Shown here: positions 34,666 through 43,892 of the stretch, piece by piece | Layout: the number at the start of each line of letters is the position of its first letter | How positions within the stretch are numbered: the first letter of the stretch is position 1 | NCBI GenBank assembly: GCA_045603745.1 | Contig: JAZUMQ010000037.1 | Location: 66,224-130,223, forward strand | From: Eubacteriales bacterium | GTDB taxonomy: Bacteria; Bacillota; Clostridia; Oscillospirales; UBA644 | DNA: 64,000 bases | Direction: 5' to 3' | The notes under the pieces: model-generated | Database searches by the model: none | What the model saw: the letters and a program-made list of their open reading frames with translations, nothing else | Told to the model about the DNA's origin: nothing | Position numbers and translations under genes: made by a program

Positions 34666-35874
34666 TTCACTTTTATTGCTGGGAATTTCGGAATTCGAGG
34701 TGTCGGAGAACTTGAACAGATCCGCAAGATATTCCGGACGGTAGGCGTCGATGACATCTTCGTTATAAACGTAGTTTAACCGACTGCGCCATTCGGTATG
34801 TTTGGCGGCAAGGTCGTCAGCGTATAGGGTCTTGAACACGGAATCCTTCACGTCGGTAAAGTAGGATTCCTTTTCTTTGTGATCAAGCCGTTGAATGATC
34901 CAGACCGAATCGTCGATGGTAACGGCGGCATATTCTCCGTTTTTCAGAGAAAAGGCTTTGTCCACGATGTCTTCGTCCACGGTGATGTTATAATACGTGG
35001 CCAACGATTCGCTGAATACGCCCTGATCGTTAACGATCAACCCGTCCTCCAGCATGGTTTTGTTCTGCAACTGAAGAGATTCTTTTTCAGACGCAGTCAT
35101 TTCGTCGGTAATTTCGGTGTAATCGTCGGAATATTGGGGAATCAGATCGGTAATATCCGTACCCTTTTCCAACGCCGCAAGAACGGCGTTTTTGTTGGCC
35201 TCGATCTTCGCCAGTTTGGTTTCGTTATATTCGTTCCCATCTGTATCTTGGGTCATCATGACCACGTACTTGAAGCGTACGTAATTGTTATCGAAATAAT
35301 CCTTCATTTCCTGCTGGGTAATTTCGTTGGGGCCTCCCTCACCGTAGTAATAATCGAGGATTTTTTCGCTCTTGATGTTGCACGCCATCAAATTGCGGAA
35401 CTCGTCGTAAGACATTCCCAAGGTCTGCCGGATCGTATTGAATCCGTCGTTTCCGTAGAGGGCAACCCAGTCTTGCTGAATGATGCGATCTACCTCTTTT
35501 TCTGCCTCTGCGTCCAACTTCAATCCCAACGCGTCAAAGGTGACGTCAATGTACAGATAGGTCATATACTGATCTTTTGCACTTTCGATAATGGAATCGC
35601 TGAGGGTCTGCTTTCCTCCGGACAGAGATTTATCCGCCAACATTTCCGTCCAAGTCACCTTGGAATTGCTTTGAGAAGCAATATAACTCAGGTAGGCGTA
35701 ATAGTAATCCGTCATCCATTGAACGTAATAACGATAAGGACCGACGGGAAACTCCTTCGTCTCTCCATTCACCGTACCGGTAACGGCATAAGACAGGTCA
35801 GGCGTATTGGAACAACCGACAAACAGCGCCGCGGTCAGAACCAAAACGAGAAACATACACAAGACTTTTTTCAT
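34660..35874 (-). CDS. lipoprotein, SurA/PrsA N-terminal-like (no PPIase domain seen)
   Basis: The track ORF extends to 36033. ATG at 35872-35874 gives MKKVLCMFLVLVLTAALFVGC (lipobox). 404 aa. The family assignment is only pattern-based. Confidence 0.45.
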   Translation of the reverse strand: MKKVLCMFLVLVLTAALFVGCSNTPDLSYAVTGTVNGETKEFPVGPYRYYVQWMTDYYYAYLSYIASQSNSKVTWTEMLADKSLSGGKQTLSDSIIESAKDQYMTYLYIDVTFDALGLKLDAEAEKEVDRIIQQDWVALYGNDGFNTIRQTLGMSYDEFRNLMACNIKSEKILDYYYGEGGPNEITQQEMKDYFDNNYVRFKYVVMMTQDTDGNEYNETKLAKIEANKNAVLAALEKGTDITDLIPQYSDDYTEITDEMTASEKESLQLQNKTMLEDGLIVNDQGVFSESLATYYNITVDEDIVDKAFSLKNGEYAAVTIDDSVWIIQRLDHKEKESYFTDVKDSVFKTLYADDLAAKHTEWRSRLNYVYNEDVIDAYRPEYLADLFKFSDTSNSEIPSNKSEK

Positions 35875-35929
35875 TGAAAAATACCCTTTCAAACCGCCAA
35901 AATCCGGCGGGAATTCTACAATATACTTC

Positions 35930-35958
35930 AGTATACCAAAATTCCAAGGAAAAGTCAA
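35930..35958 (-). promoter_or_regulatory. sigmaA promoter of the lipoprotein gene
   Basis: Minus strand: TTGACT (35953-35958), 17-nt spacer, TGgTATACT (-10 at 35930-35935). Confidence 0.55.
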
Positions 35959-36190
35959 GTGAAAAAGTGTGACATTCGTGAAAGAAAAGAAAATCGTAGA
36001 ATAATGACTTTGTGAAACACCATATTTTTCCAATCTCTGTTTGAAACGTTACAAATTCAACAAGTTCTAAAAAAATTCGAAAATTTAGTGAAAAATACTT
36101 GAAATTCATACGAAAATTGTCACAAAAAGTTCAAATATATGAGATATAATATTTGCATTGATTATAATATTGTAGCTTAGCGAGTCTATT

Positions 36191-36604
36191 ATGAAAAAAA
36201 TCCTTCTTCCTCTCCTTTGCATTTTACTCCTTTCCTGCGTTGCCTGTTCGACACAGAATAACCGGAAAGATTTCAACGACCTGTACGAGGCGTTTCTTGC
36301 CCGGGGCGCAGGAGTAGAAGGATATGAAGTGACCGAAATCGAGAGCTACGATGGACTTGATTATTTCTGCGTCAGAGTTTGTTTGAATACCGATGATGCG
36401 GTTACCATAGACGACATGGTATGGTTTGAGGCTGAAGTGATGCTTTTTTCCTCCGCACAAGAAGCCGATTCCGCATACAATGAAAATCAGAAAACAGGTT
36501 TGGGAGGCACCTGCCTGCGTCAAGAAAACATCTTAATTTACTGGATGGCAAAAGATCCCTTTGCAGATCTATATAAAGAAGTATTTCATAGCGTATTCGG
36601 ATAA
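36191..36604 (+). CDS. small lipoprotein, unknown function
   Basis: 137 aa. MKKILLPLLCILLLSCVAC lipoprotein signal. Confidence 0.6.
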   Translation: MKKILLPLLCILLLSCVACSTQNNRKDFNDLYEAFLARGAGVEGYEVTEIESYDGLDYFCVRVCLNTDDAVTIDDMVWFEAEVMLFSSAQEADSAYNENQKTGLGGTCLRQENILIYWMAKDPFADLYKEVFHSVFG

Positions 36605-36627
36605 AAAACAGGAGGGACAAAATTTAC

Positions 36628-37449
36628 ATGAAGAAGGTAGAATATTCTGCCCATGCAAAAATCCCGCAAACCCATGACGTCTCTGTTTATTTCTGCGGCA
36701 GAGAACAATGCGAAAGCGGACACTCTTACGGTCCGACCATGCGGACTCAATATCTGTTCCACTACGTGGTATCAGGGAAAGGAATCTTCCGGACAAAAAA
36801 CACCGTACATCGCCTCTCCGCCGGTCAGGGATTTATGATCCTGCCCGACCAAGTGGCGTATTACGAGGCAGACAAAGAGGATCCATGGGAATATATTTGG
36901 ATCGGCTTTGACGGAACCGACGCAGCACAAATCGTTTCCAACGTAGGATTTTCGGAAAAATCCCCCATCTTCCGGGGAGAACCCGACAGCAGATTAGAAG
37001 GAATCTTAAGCAAACTGCTGGAGTACTTCAAAAACGACCAAAACGACAAATACAATATCCTTGCGATGTTCTATTCCGTCATGGCGTTTCTGCAACACAA
37101 CACCGCAAACCGGAAACAAGGGGAAAAAAGCTACGTCGAAAAAGCGTTGGATTACATACACCACAACTATACCTACCGGATTAAGATCGAAGACATTGCC
37201 CGTTACGTGGGATTGGATCGAACGTACCTGTTCAAACTTTTCGTTAAAAATATGGGAATTGCACCCCAAGAATATTTGATCCGTTATCGTCTGGAACACG
37301 CCGCCGGAATGTTGACCGAAACGAAACTTTCCACGACTCAAATTGCGTACTCCTGCGGATTCCGGGATTCTCCGTCCTTCTGCAAGCACTTCAAAGCCCG
37401 ATACGGAATCTCCCCCCTTGCCCACCGCAAAAAGAACCGGATTGTTTAA
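36628..37449 (+). CDS. AraC-family transcriptional regulator (cupin + HTH)
   Basis: 273 aa. C-terminal dual HTH (IEDIARYVGLDRTYLFKLF ... IAYSCGFRDSPSFCKHFK). Confidence 0.85.
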   Translation: MKKVEYSAHAKIPQTHDVSVYFCGREQCESGHSYGPTMRTQYLFHYVVSGKGIFRTKNTVHRLSAGQGFMILPDQVAYYEADKEDPWEYIWIGFDGTDAAQIVSNVGFSEKSPIFRGEPDSRLEGILSKLLEYFKNDQNDKYNILAMFYSVMAFLQHNTANRKQGEKSYVEKALDYIHHNYTYRIKIEDIARYVGLDRTYLFKLFVKNMGIAPQEYLIRYRLEHAAGMLTETKLSTTQIAYSCGFRDSPSFCKHFKARYGISPLAHRKKNRIV

Positions 37450-37459
37450 TAGAACCCAA

Positions 37460-37490
37460 AACTCCTCCGAACCGTCGGAGGAGTTTTTTA
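37460..37490 (+). terminator. intrinsic terminator after the AraC gene
   Basis: AACTCCTCCGA-accg-TCGGAGGAGTT followed by TTTTAT. Confidence 0.8.
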
Positions 37491-37593
37491 TATTTCTTAT
37501 TTCTTTTCCTTTTGCAGGAGATTGACTCCGGAAGCGTCAACATCGAAAAAATTCAATACTCTGACTTGACGTTTTCGAGTCGCACTTAATTTT

Positions 37594-37797
37594 TCAGATA
37601 AAATCAATCCTTCCCTCTTTGAGCCGCCTCAACGCAGTGGCACTGCGGGAAACCGATTCCTGCTCGTCAAAGGATCGACGGACGTAATCTATCACCCGAT
37701 CCTTTTGATCCTCGGAAAGTTGGGAATAAAACCGGAAGGCGGTGGTATCCTCGGAAAGTTCTGCCAAAAACGCCCGGAAAACGATTTTTTTCTTCAT
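37594..37797 (-). CDS. small YdeI/OmdA-like domain protein
   Basis: 67 aa from ATG 37795-37797 (AAAGGAG region upstream). AFLAELSEDTTAFRFYSQLSEDQKDRVIDYV ... RRLKEG resembles the OmdA C-terminal domain pattern. Confidence 0.4.
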   Translation of the reverse strand: MKKKIVFRAFLAELSEDTTAFRFYSQLSEDQKDRVIDYVRRSFDEQESVSRSATALRRLKEGRIDFI

Positions 37798-37962
37798 AAA
37801 AATACACCTTTCTTTCTCCTTTACTCTGCCCAAAAAGAAAGGGGAATTTCCTGAAAAAATTTTCTTGTGACTTTTTTCCAAACTACTTTGTGAAATCTAT
37901 ACAAAGCCGATGGAAAAGTATTATGAAAAACGCTGAAACTTGTTTCTTTTTCATAAATACTA

Positions 37963-37991
37963 TTTACATTTTTGACGGAATATAGTATAAT
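37963..37991 (+). promoter_or_regulatory. sigmaA promoter of the EF-G paralog
   Basis: TTTACA (37963-37968), 17-nt spacer, TATAAT (37986-37991). Leaves a structured leader of about 125 nt. Confidence 0.55.
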
Positions 37992-38124
37992 ATCATTATC
38001 GGATTTCTTTTTCTTTGCTGCAAAGAAACGGAAGATCCAACCGACAGAAGAAAAAATCTTCTGAGGGAACGCCGTCGGCCGCCAAGAAGCGTTCGCCGGG
38101 GCGGAAAGGAGATAAAACAGGATT

Positions 38125-40128
38125 ATGCAGTACAACACCGAAAATGTCCGCAACATTTGCCTTTTAGGTCACGGAGGAAATGGAAAAACCTCCTTTGCGG
38201 AAGCCATGCTTTATTATACGAAGGGGACAGATCGACTGGGAAAGATCGCCGACGGCACTACCGTTTGTGACTTTGACCCGGAAGAAACGAAGCGGGGTTC
38301 CGGGATTTCTGCCGCTTTGGCACCCGTGGAATGGAAAGGAAATAAGATCAATCTGATCGACACCCCGGGATACTTTGACTATGAGGGAGAAGTACTGCAG
38401 GGTCTGAAAGCCGCCGATGCCGCCGCAATCGTCGTTTCTGCGAAAAACAATTTGCACGTGGGCACCGAAAAGGCTTATAAATATTGTCAGAAAAAGAATC
38501 TTCCCAACATCTTCATCGTCACGAAGATCGATGAAGAAAACGGAGATTTCATGAAAGTATACACCGCTCTGCGCCAGCAATTCGGTATGCGTGTTTGCGC
38601 CCTGACCTATCCGGTCATCGGCAACGGCAAAGTTATGGGTATGGTGGATCTTTTGAAGATGACCTACCGCACCGTGGAAGGAACCAACGCGAAAGACAAT
38701 CCCATTCCCCCTGCCTTGGAAGATACCGTCAAACGTCTGAAGGACGAATTGAACGAAGCCTTGGCAGAAACCAACGAAGCCTTAATGGAAAAATATTTTG
38801 AGGAAGAACCCTTCACCGACGAAGAAATTCAGACCGCCCTGTCCGTAGGGATTCGCCGCCGGGCATTGCTTCCGGTGTTGTCCTGCTCCAACGTTTCTTT
38901 GAACGGTCTGGAATCCATTCTCAACGCCATGGTGGAAGTCCTTCCCGCTCCCGTTCCCGCCGCGGAATCGGGTACCGGCGTTTATATCTTTAAGACCGTC
39001 GCCGACGCCTTTGGTAAAATTTCTTATTTCAAGGTGTTGTGCGGAACGTTGAAGTCGGGCATGACCTTGACCGACACCAAGACCGGCTTGGGTGAAAAAT
39101 TCGGTCACATCTACGTGATGAAGGGCAAAAAGCAAACGGAAGTGGAAGAGCTTTGTGCCGGAGACATCGGTGCGGTAACCAAATTGTCCGCTGCCACCGA
39201 AAGCGTCCTTACCTCCGGAGTGAAACTGGAAGTAGATCCCATTGAATATCCCACCCCCAATCTGAAGATGGCAATCACCGCAAAGAAAAAGGGCGATGAA
39301 GAAAAGATCTCCCAGGGTCTTCAGAAGATGATGGAAGAAGATAAGACCTTCACTTATTCCATGGACCCCGAAACCAAAGAACAAATCCTGTGCGGTATGG
39401 GCGAAGCCCAAATCGAAGTACTTTGCTCCCGCCTGAAGACCCGCAACGGCGTGGAAGTGGAATTGAAAGCACCCCGCATCGCTTATCGGGAAACCATTCG
39501 CAAGAAGGTTAAAGTTCAGGGCAAGCACAAGAAACAATCCGGCGGTCACGGTCAATACGGTGACGTCTGGATCGAATTTGAACCCTGCACCAGCGAGGAA
39601 TTGGTCTTTGAAGAGAGTATTTTCGGAGGTGCAGTTCCCAAGAACTTCTTCCCTGCCGTAGAAAAAGGCCTGCGGGAAGCCACCGCAAAGGGCGTTTTGG
39701 CAGGATACCCCGTGGTCGGACTGAAAGCGACCTTGGTAGACGGGTCGTACCACGACGTGGACTCCTCGGAAATGGCCTTTAAGACCGCCGCCGGAATTGC
39801 CTTCCGGGAAGGATTGCCTCAGGCGGCCCCCTGTATTTTGGAACCCATCGGGGAACTGAAAGTTCAGATTCCCGACGCAATGATGGGTGACATTATCGGG
39901 GATATTAACAAACGCCGAGGCCAGATCATGGGCATGAATCCTGCCGCCGACCAAGGCTGGACGGAAGTCACCGCGGAAATTCCCATGTCGGAAACCGCCA
40001 CCTACGCCATTGACCTGCGTTCCGCCACCCGAGGCAGAGGCGTCTTTACCTTGAACTTCCTGCGGTATCAGGAAGCCCCCGCAAACATCGCAGAACAGGT
40101 CATCGCCAACGCGAAGGTTACGGAGTAA
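38125..40128 (+). CDS. elongation factor G-family GTPase (EF-G paralog, outside an str operon context)
   Basis: 667 aa. G1 GHGGNGKTS, DTPGYFDY, TKID, and EF-G domains II-V (KKQSGGHGQYGDV). Confidence 0.8.
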   Translation: MQYNTENVRNICLLGHGGNGKTSFAEAMLYYTKGTDRLGKIADGTTVCDFDPEETKRGSGISAALAPVEWKGNKINLIDTPGYFDYEGEVLQGLKAADAAAIVVSAKNNLHVGTEKAYKYCQKKNLPNIFIVTKIDEENGDFMKVYTALRQQFGMRVCALTYPVIGNGKVMGMVDLLKMTYRTVEGTNAKDNPIPPALEDTVKRLKDELNEALAETNEALMEKYFEEEPFTDEEIQTALSVGIRRRALLPVLSCSNVSLNGLESILNAMVEVLPAPVPAAESGTGVYIFKTVADAFGKISYFKVLCGTLKSGMTLTDTKTGLGEKFGHIYVMKGKKQTEVEELCAGDIGAVTKLSAATESVLTSGVKLEVDPIEYPTPNLKMAITAKKKGDEEKISQGLQKMMEEDKTFTYSMDPETKEQILCGMGEAQIEVLCSRLKTRNGVEVELKAPRIAYRETIRKKVKVQGKHKKQSGGHGQYGDVWIEFEPCTSEELVFEESIFGGAVPKNFFPAVEKGLREATAKGVLAGYPVVGLKATLVDGSYHDVDSSEMAFKTAAGIAFREGLPQAAPCILEPIGELKVQIPDAMMGDIIGDINKRRGQIMGMNPAADQGWTEVTAEIPMSETATYAIDLRSATRGRGVFTLNFLRYQEAPANIAEQVIANAKVTE

Positions 40129-40166
40129 GAAAAGCGAGGCGCACGTAGTACCAAAATAAAAAGGAA

Positions 40167-40203
40167 GGAATCCCGGTGCGATGCCGGGATTCCGTTTTTA
40201 TTT
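40167..40203. terminator. bidirectional intrinsic terminator
   Basis: GGAATCCCGG-tgcgatg-CCGGGATTCC followed by GTTTTTATTT. Confidence 0.8.
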
Positions 40204-40783
40204 ATACCAGAATCGGTTGGAGTTGTTTGCCTTGCAAGGCGGCAGTGACGGCGGCGGGAATCAATTCCATGTTTGCCACCAAAGAAGCCTCTTTTTTGAC
40301 GGGATCGTCTTGCCCAAAGGGGACGAAATAATAACCCTTAGTATTGAGAAGCGTTCCGATATTTTTGGCGTTTCCGGTCAATCCGTCGTTGGTAGAGACC
40401 GCGACCAACACCGGGCGGGCGTTGCGAAGATGGGCTTTTACCGCCAAAGTAACAGGGGTATCGGAAATACCGTTTGCCAATTTCCCCAAGGTGTTTCCCG
40501 TGCAGGGGGCAATGACCAAAAGATCCAGTAATTTTTTCGGTCCGATGGGTTCGGCACCGGCGATGGTATGGATAATGGGACGCTTGCAAATATCTTCAAT
40601 GGTCGTGCGGAATTCTTCCGCCTTACCAAATCGGGTATCGGTATCGTACGAATTAAAAGACATGATAGGCATGAGTTGATACTGCTCTGCTAATTGTTGT
40701 ATGACCGGCAGAATTCTGCGAAAGGTACAGAACGAGCCGCATAGGGCAAAGCCGACGGTTTTGCGTTCCAAAGGGCGTGCCAC
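40202..40783 (-). CDS. dpaB: dipicolinate synthase subunit B
   Basis: 193 aa flavoprotein-like. VGFALCGSFCTF ... IAPCTGNTLGKLANG. Confidence 0.9.
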   Translation of the reverse strand: MARPLERKTVGFALCGSFCTFRRILPVIQQLAEQYQLMPIMSFNSYDTDTRFGKAEEFRTTIEDICKRPIIHTIAGAEPIGPKKLLDLLVIAPCTGNTLGKLANGISDTPVTLAVKAHLRNARPVLVAVSTNDGLTGNAKNIGTLLNTKGYYFVPFGQDDPVKKEASLVANMELIPAAVTAALQGKQLQPILV

Positions 40784-40793
40784 TTCCTTTCTG

Positions 40794-41594
40794 TTAAGGT
40801 TTTTTCAAAATATCAATCACGGTTTTTGCCAAATCTTCCCCTGCCGTGACAGGAGCAACCTTTCCCGGAAGCGCAGGTCCGTCGATGACCGTATGCCCCA
40901 ACGTCGCCGCCCCTTCCCGGTCGATGCCGCCGGGAGCCGAGGCGAGTTCCAAAAGAAGCCCTCGGGAAGAGAACGTCTCCAAAACGGTTTTCGTCAAAAG
41001 GACGTAGGGTACGGTATTGAAAATTACCTGAAATTCCCCCAAATCCATTTCTCCGGTATCCATTGCCCCAAATCCATGGAGCAGAGCGTCGGTTCGGTCT
41101 TTTTGCTTTCGAGCAGCCACTGTAACCGTTGCCCCCAAAGACGAGAGAACGGCAGACAACCGCTTTCCGATGGCACCGTACCCTACCACAAGACAGGACA
41201 GACCAAACACGGCACGGTCGGTGTTGCGAATCAACAGATCCAGTGCCCCTTCTACGGTGGTGACGGCGTTGCGCAATTTCAAATCTTCCCGCAGGGACAA
41301 GTCGGTATAGTTGGAGAAGGGGTTGTCGGAAATGGGTCCGCCGATGACCGGAAGATCCAAGGGAATTCCCAATTTTTCGATCAACTCCGGCAAGGTAGGG
41401 GGATTTTCCATCAAGGGAGCGTTCAGCCGTCCGTTTTTCAGACAGGGAAAGGGCAAAACCAAGGCGGAAACCGATTCCATATCAATGGGAGTCTGATCGG
41501 TCAGGGCATAAGAAACAACGGAATATCCTTGATTTTTCATATATTCAAGGGCAGAAAGGGTGCGTCGATCCCCGCCCGCAAACAAGATCTTCAT
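40794..41594 (-). CDS. dpaA: dipicolinate synthase subunit A
   Basis: 266 aa. MKILFAGGDRR ... VVGYGAIGKRL Rossmann motif. Confidence 0.9.
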   Translation of the reverse strand: MKILFAGGDRRTLSALEYMKNQGYSVVSYALTDQTPIDMESVSALVLPFPCLKNGRLNAPLMENPPTLPELIEKLGIPLDLPVIGGPISDNPFSNYTDLSLREDLKLRNAVTTVEGALDLLIRNTDRAVFGLSCLVVGYGAIGKRLSAVLSSLGATVTVAARKQKDRTDALLHGFGAMDTGEMDLGEFQVIFNTVPYVLLTKTVLETFSSRGLLLELASAPGGIDREGAATLGHTVIDGPALPGKVAPVTAGEDLAKTVIDILKKP

Positions 41595-41640
41595 GCAGAT
41601 TCCTCCCGAAAAAGGTCTGTTCCATCTTATGAAATAACCA

Positions 41641-41649
41641 TAGTTTATG
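41641..41649 (-). promoter_or_regulatory. possible sigmaK-type -10 element upstream of dpaA
   Basis: Minus strand CATAaacTA matches the CATA---TA sigmaK -10 consensus, about 45 nt upstream of the dpaA ATG. An AC dinucleotide lies 18 nt further up. B. subtilis spoVF is sigmaK-dependent. Confidence 0.3.
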
Positions 41650-41653
41650 CCAC

Positions 41654-41681
41654 AGAAAACCCCTCTCGTTTCCGAGAGGGG
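41654..41681 (-). terminator. intrinsic terminator of the padR operon
   Basis: Minus strand: CCCCTCTCG-gaaa-CGAGAGGGG followed by TTTTCTGT. Confidence 0.75.
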
Positions 41682-41696
41682 TTGACCTTGAACTGT

Positions 41697-41867
41697 TTAT
41701 TCATCGTCTGTTGCGAAAAAAGAAAGAATAAAAAAGACAAGTGCGGCAAGGAACGGAATAGCCATTATTTGAAATATCCCGTGAATTGGTGAGGCATAAA
41801 TCTCCATAAAGAATACTCCAAATAATAATATTTCAATCGAAATAAGTAAATATTGTATCTTTTTCAT
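41697..41867 (-). CDS. possible 56-aa two-TM micro-protein (alternative 36-aa form from ATG 41805-41807)
   Basis: Below the track cutoff. Hand-translated as MKKIQYLLISIEILLFGVFFMEIYASPIHGIFQIMAIPFLAALVFFILSFFATDDE. Lies between the DUF4097 stop and the operon terminator. No good SD for the first ATG; GGAG sits 8 nt before the internal ATG. The region is AT-rich, so a chance ORF is possible. Confidence 0.3.
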   Translation of the reverse strand: MKKIQYLLISIEILLFGVFFMEIYASPIHGIFQIMAIPFLAALVFFILSFFATDDE

Positions 41868-41878
41868 ATGACACTATT

Positions 41879-42856
41879 TCAATCCTTTCTCTCGATGGTA
41901 AGATTCACGCTTCCGCTTGTGGTCTCGACTTCGCACAAGCCGCCGTAGGGAACCGATGGGGGTACGTCAACCGACCCGCTGGTTGATTTTACGTTAAACC
42001 ATTTATCACTGCAAAGAGATCCCCGCACAGAACCGCTGGTCAATTTCAGGGAAATCGTTTCGGCATCGCATTGGTCCAACCGCAACCCGCCGCTGGTTAA
42101 TTTTGCGGAAAGTTGTCCTTTGGAGATCACGTCTGCCAGGGAAATCCGTCCGCTGGTCTGCTCAAACGAGCAGGATTCTTTCACCTTTGCCTCTTTGATC
42201 CGGATCGTTCCGCTGGTTCCTTTCACGTTCAATCGATCGCAGGAGATATTTTCCATTTCCATGCGTCCGCTGGTTACCTTTCCCGAAAGTTCCAAAGTGG
42301 AAACTCCCTGCACGAACATACTTCCGGACGATACGGAAAAATTCAGTTCTGTCATCGCATTTCCAAGATACTTTATATTCCCGGAAGAAGCCGTCAACTC
42401 TGCCCGATCAAAGGTGACACCCGATGCCACCAAAACGTCCATACTATGGGATTCGACGGTTAATTTTTCATATTCCTTTTCCGGAAGGGATACCTTCACC
42501 GTCGGTGTTTTAAAGGAAAAGAAAGTAAATCGCTCGTACCATTTCCGAAGATCGGTTCGCCAAATCATCAGAACCCCCTCTTCCACCGAGGCGGTGTAAT
42601 AGACCTTTTCGGTGGCGGGGCTTGATACGGAACAAACGCCGCCAGTTGACGGCAATATTTCCAAATCCGCCCCCAATACCTCTGCATGAACCGAGGTAAA
42701 AGGTTGGGTGATGGTATCAACTTTCATACTTACCGGGGAATCCGAAGGATTTTCTTCGGGAGAAGATCGCAACAAATACAACCCAAACGCCATCAGTATC
42801 ACACCTCCAAGCATAATCGAAACAGCCGTAATCAGCGTTGAAATAAATCCTTTCAT
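41879..42856 (-). CDS. DUF4097-family beta-strand repeat protein with N-terminal TM
   Basis: 325 aa from ATG 42854-42856 (ATGA overlap with the upstream stop). Repeated (T/S)SG(S/N/R)(I/M/V) strands: TSGSV, TSGRI, SSGNI, TSGGL. Confidence 0.7.
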   Translation of the reverse strand: MKGFISTLITAVSIMLGGVILMAFGLYLLRSSPEENPSDSPVSMKVDTITQPFTSVHAEVLGADLEILPSTGGVCSVSSPATEKVYYTASVEEGVLMIWRTDLRKWYERFTFFSFKTPTVKVSLPEKEYEKLTVESHSMDVLVASGVTFDRAELTASSGNIKYLGNAMTELNFSVSSGSMFVQGVSTLELSGKVTSGRMEMENISCDRLNVKGTSGTIRIKEAKVKESCSFEQTSGRISLADVISKGQLSAKLTSGGLRLDQCDAETISLKLTSGSVRGSLCSDKWFNVKSTSGSVDVPPSVPYGGLCEVETTSGSVNLTIERKD

Positions 42857-43455
42857 GCCGCACTCTCCTTTCGCAGGATCATTGCCACAAGTCCTCGAAA
42901 CGTCCATTTCGTCGCTTGAGTCATACCAACCGCCGCGTATTTACACCCCAACGACCAAAGCACCGTAAAACCGATCAAAAATGCGCCGGCACCAAAAACC
43001 AAGACCCCTTCCCCGATGGCTCCGGAACAGAACAATGCCGTTCCCGCCACGTGCAACGCACCTCCGCTTGCCCCCAGCGCCAGATCAACGGCATACAGCG
43101 CCACAACCACAGACCAAAGGGAAACCAAAAAAGAAATTGCCACCGCCCATAAGATCAAAAGAAAGGGCGACAAAAATCCAACCACCCAAGGGTTGCGAAG
43201 AACATACCGAGACTTGGAGACGACACCCTCGTTGACCGGTTCCGGGATTTCCTCACAAGACGATACTTGTGCAATGATTTGATCTGCGATTCGAGTCAGA
43301 TCTCCCATATTTGCCACCGCTTCTCGTTCGCTCATGCCGTCTTCCATGCGATCGTCAATCATTTCACTGTAAAAATCCAAAGAACGGTCAATGTCCCCTT
43401 GGGGCAGCTCCACAAGGCGGGTGCGAAGTTCCGATAAAAATTCTGCTTTCGTCAT
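42853..43455 (-). CDS. DUF1700-family membrane protein
   Basis: 200 aa. MTKAEFLSELRTRLVELPQGDIDRSLDFYSEMIDD is the typical DUF1700 N-terminus. TM-rich C-terminus. Confidence 0.7.
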   Translation of the reverse strand: MTKAEFLSELRTRLVELPQGDIDRSLDFYSEMIDDRMEDGMSEREAVANMGDLTRIADQIIAQVSSCEEIPEPVNEGVVSKSRYVLRNPWVVGFLSPFLLILWAVAISFLVSLWSVVVALYAVDLALGASGGALHVAGTALFCSGAIGEGVLVFGAGAFLIGFTVLWSLGCKYAAVGMTQATKWTFRGLVAMILRKESAA

Positions 43456-43769
43456 TGGGGATCACGCTCCTTTACGATAAATTCATGGATTGCCTCAAGT
43501 TCTTTCCACTCCTCAGAAAACGCCGCCAACTTGGCTTTCCCGGAGGGTGTGATTCTATAATATTTCCGCAACCGACCGTTGTGTTCCTCGGCGCGGACGG
43601 TCAAAAGATCCGCCCCCTCTAACCGCCGCAAAATGGGATATAAGGTCGATTCGGAAATGGCAACGTATGGCTTCATATCTTTAATAATTTGGTATCCGTA
43701 AGAATCTCGATCCTTAATGGCGGCAAGAACGCAAAGTTCCAACAAACCGCGCTTTAATTGAATCTCCAT
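43452..43769 (-). CDS. PadR-family transcriptional regulator
   Basis: 105 aa from ATG 43767-43769. LELCVLAAIKDRDSYGYQIIKDM ... STLYPILRRLE ... RKYYRIT. Confidence 0.9.
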   Translation of the reverse strand: MEIQLKRGLLELCVLAAIKDRDSYGYQIIKDMKPYVAISESTLYPILRRLEGADLLTVRAEEHNGRLRKYYRITPSGKAKLAAFSEEWKELEAIHEFIVKERDPQ

Positions 43770-43892
43770 AACATACCTCCCTCTGCATAATACTATATCA
43801 CACATAGTATTCAATGTCAAGAGAGGAGCGATAAAATTTGCAGAAAAATCATATTTAAAAGCCTCTCGCATTCACGAGAGGCTTAATTTCCT

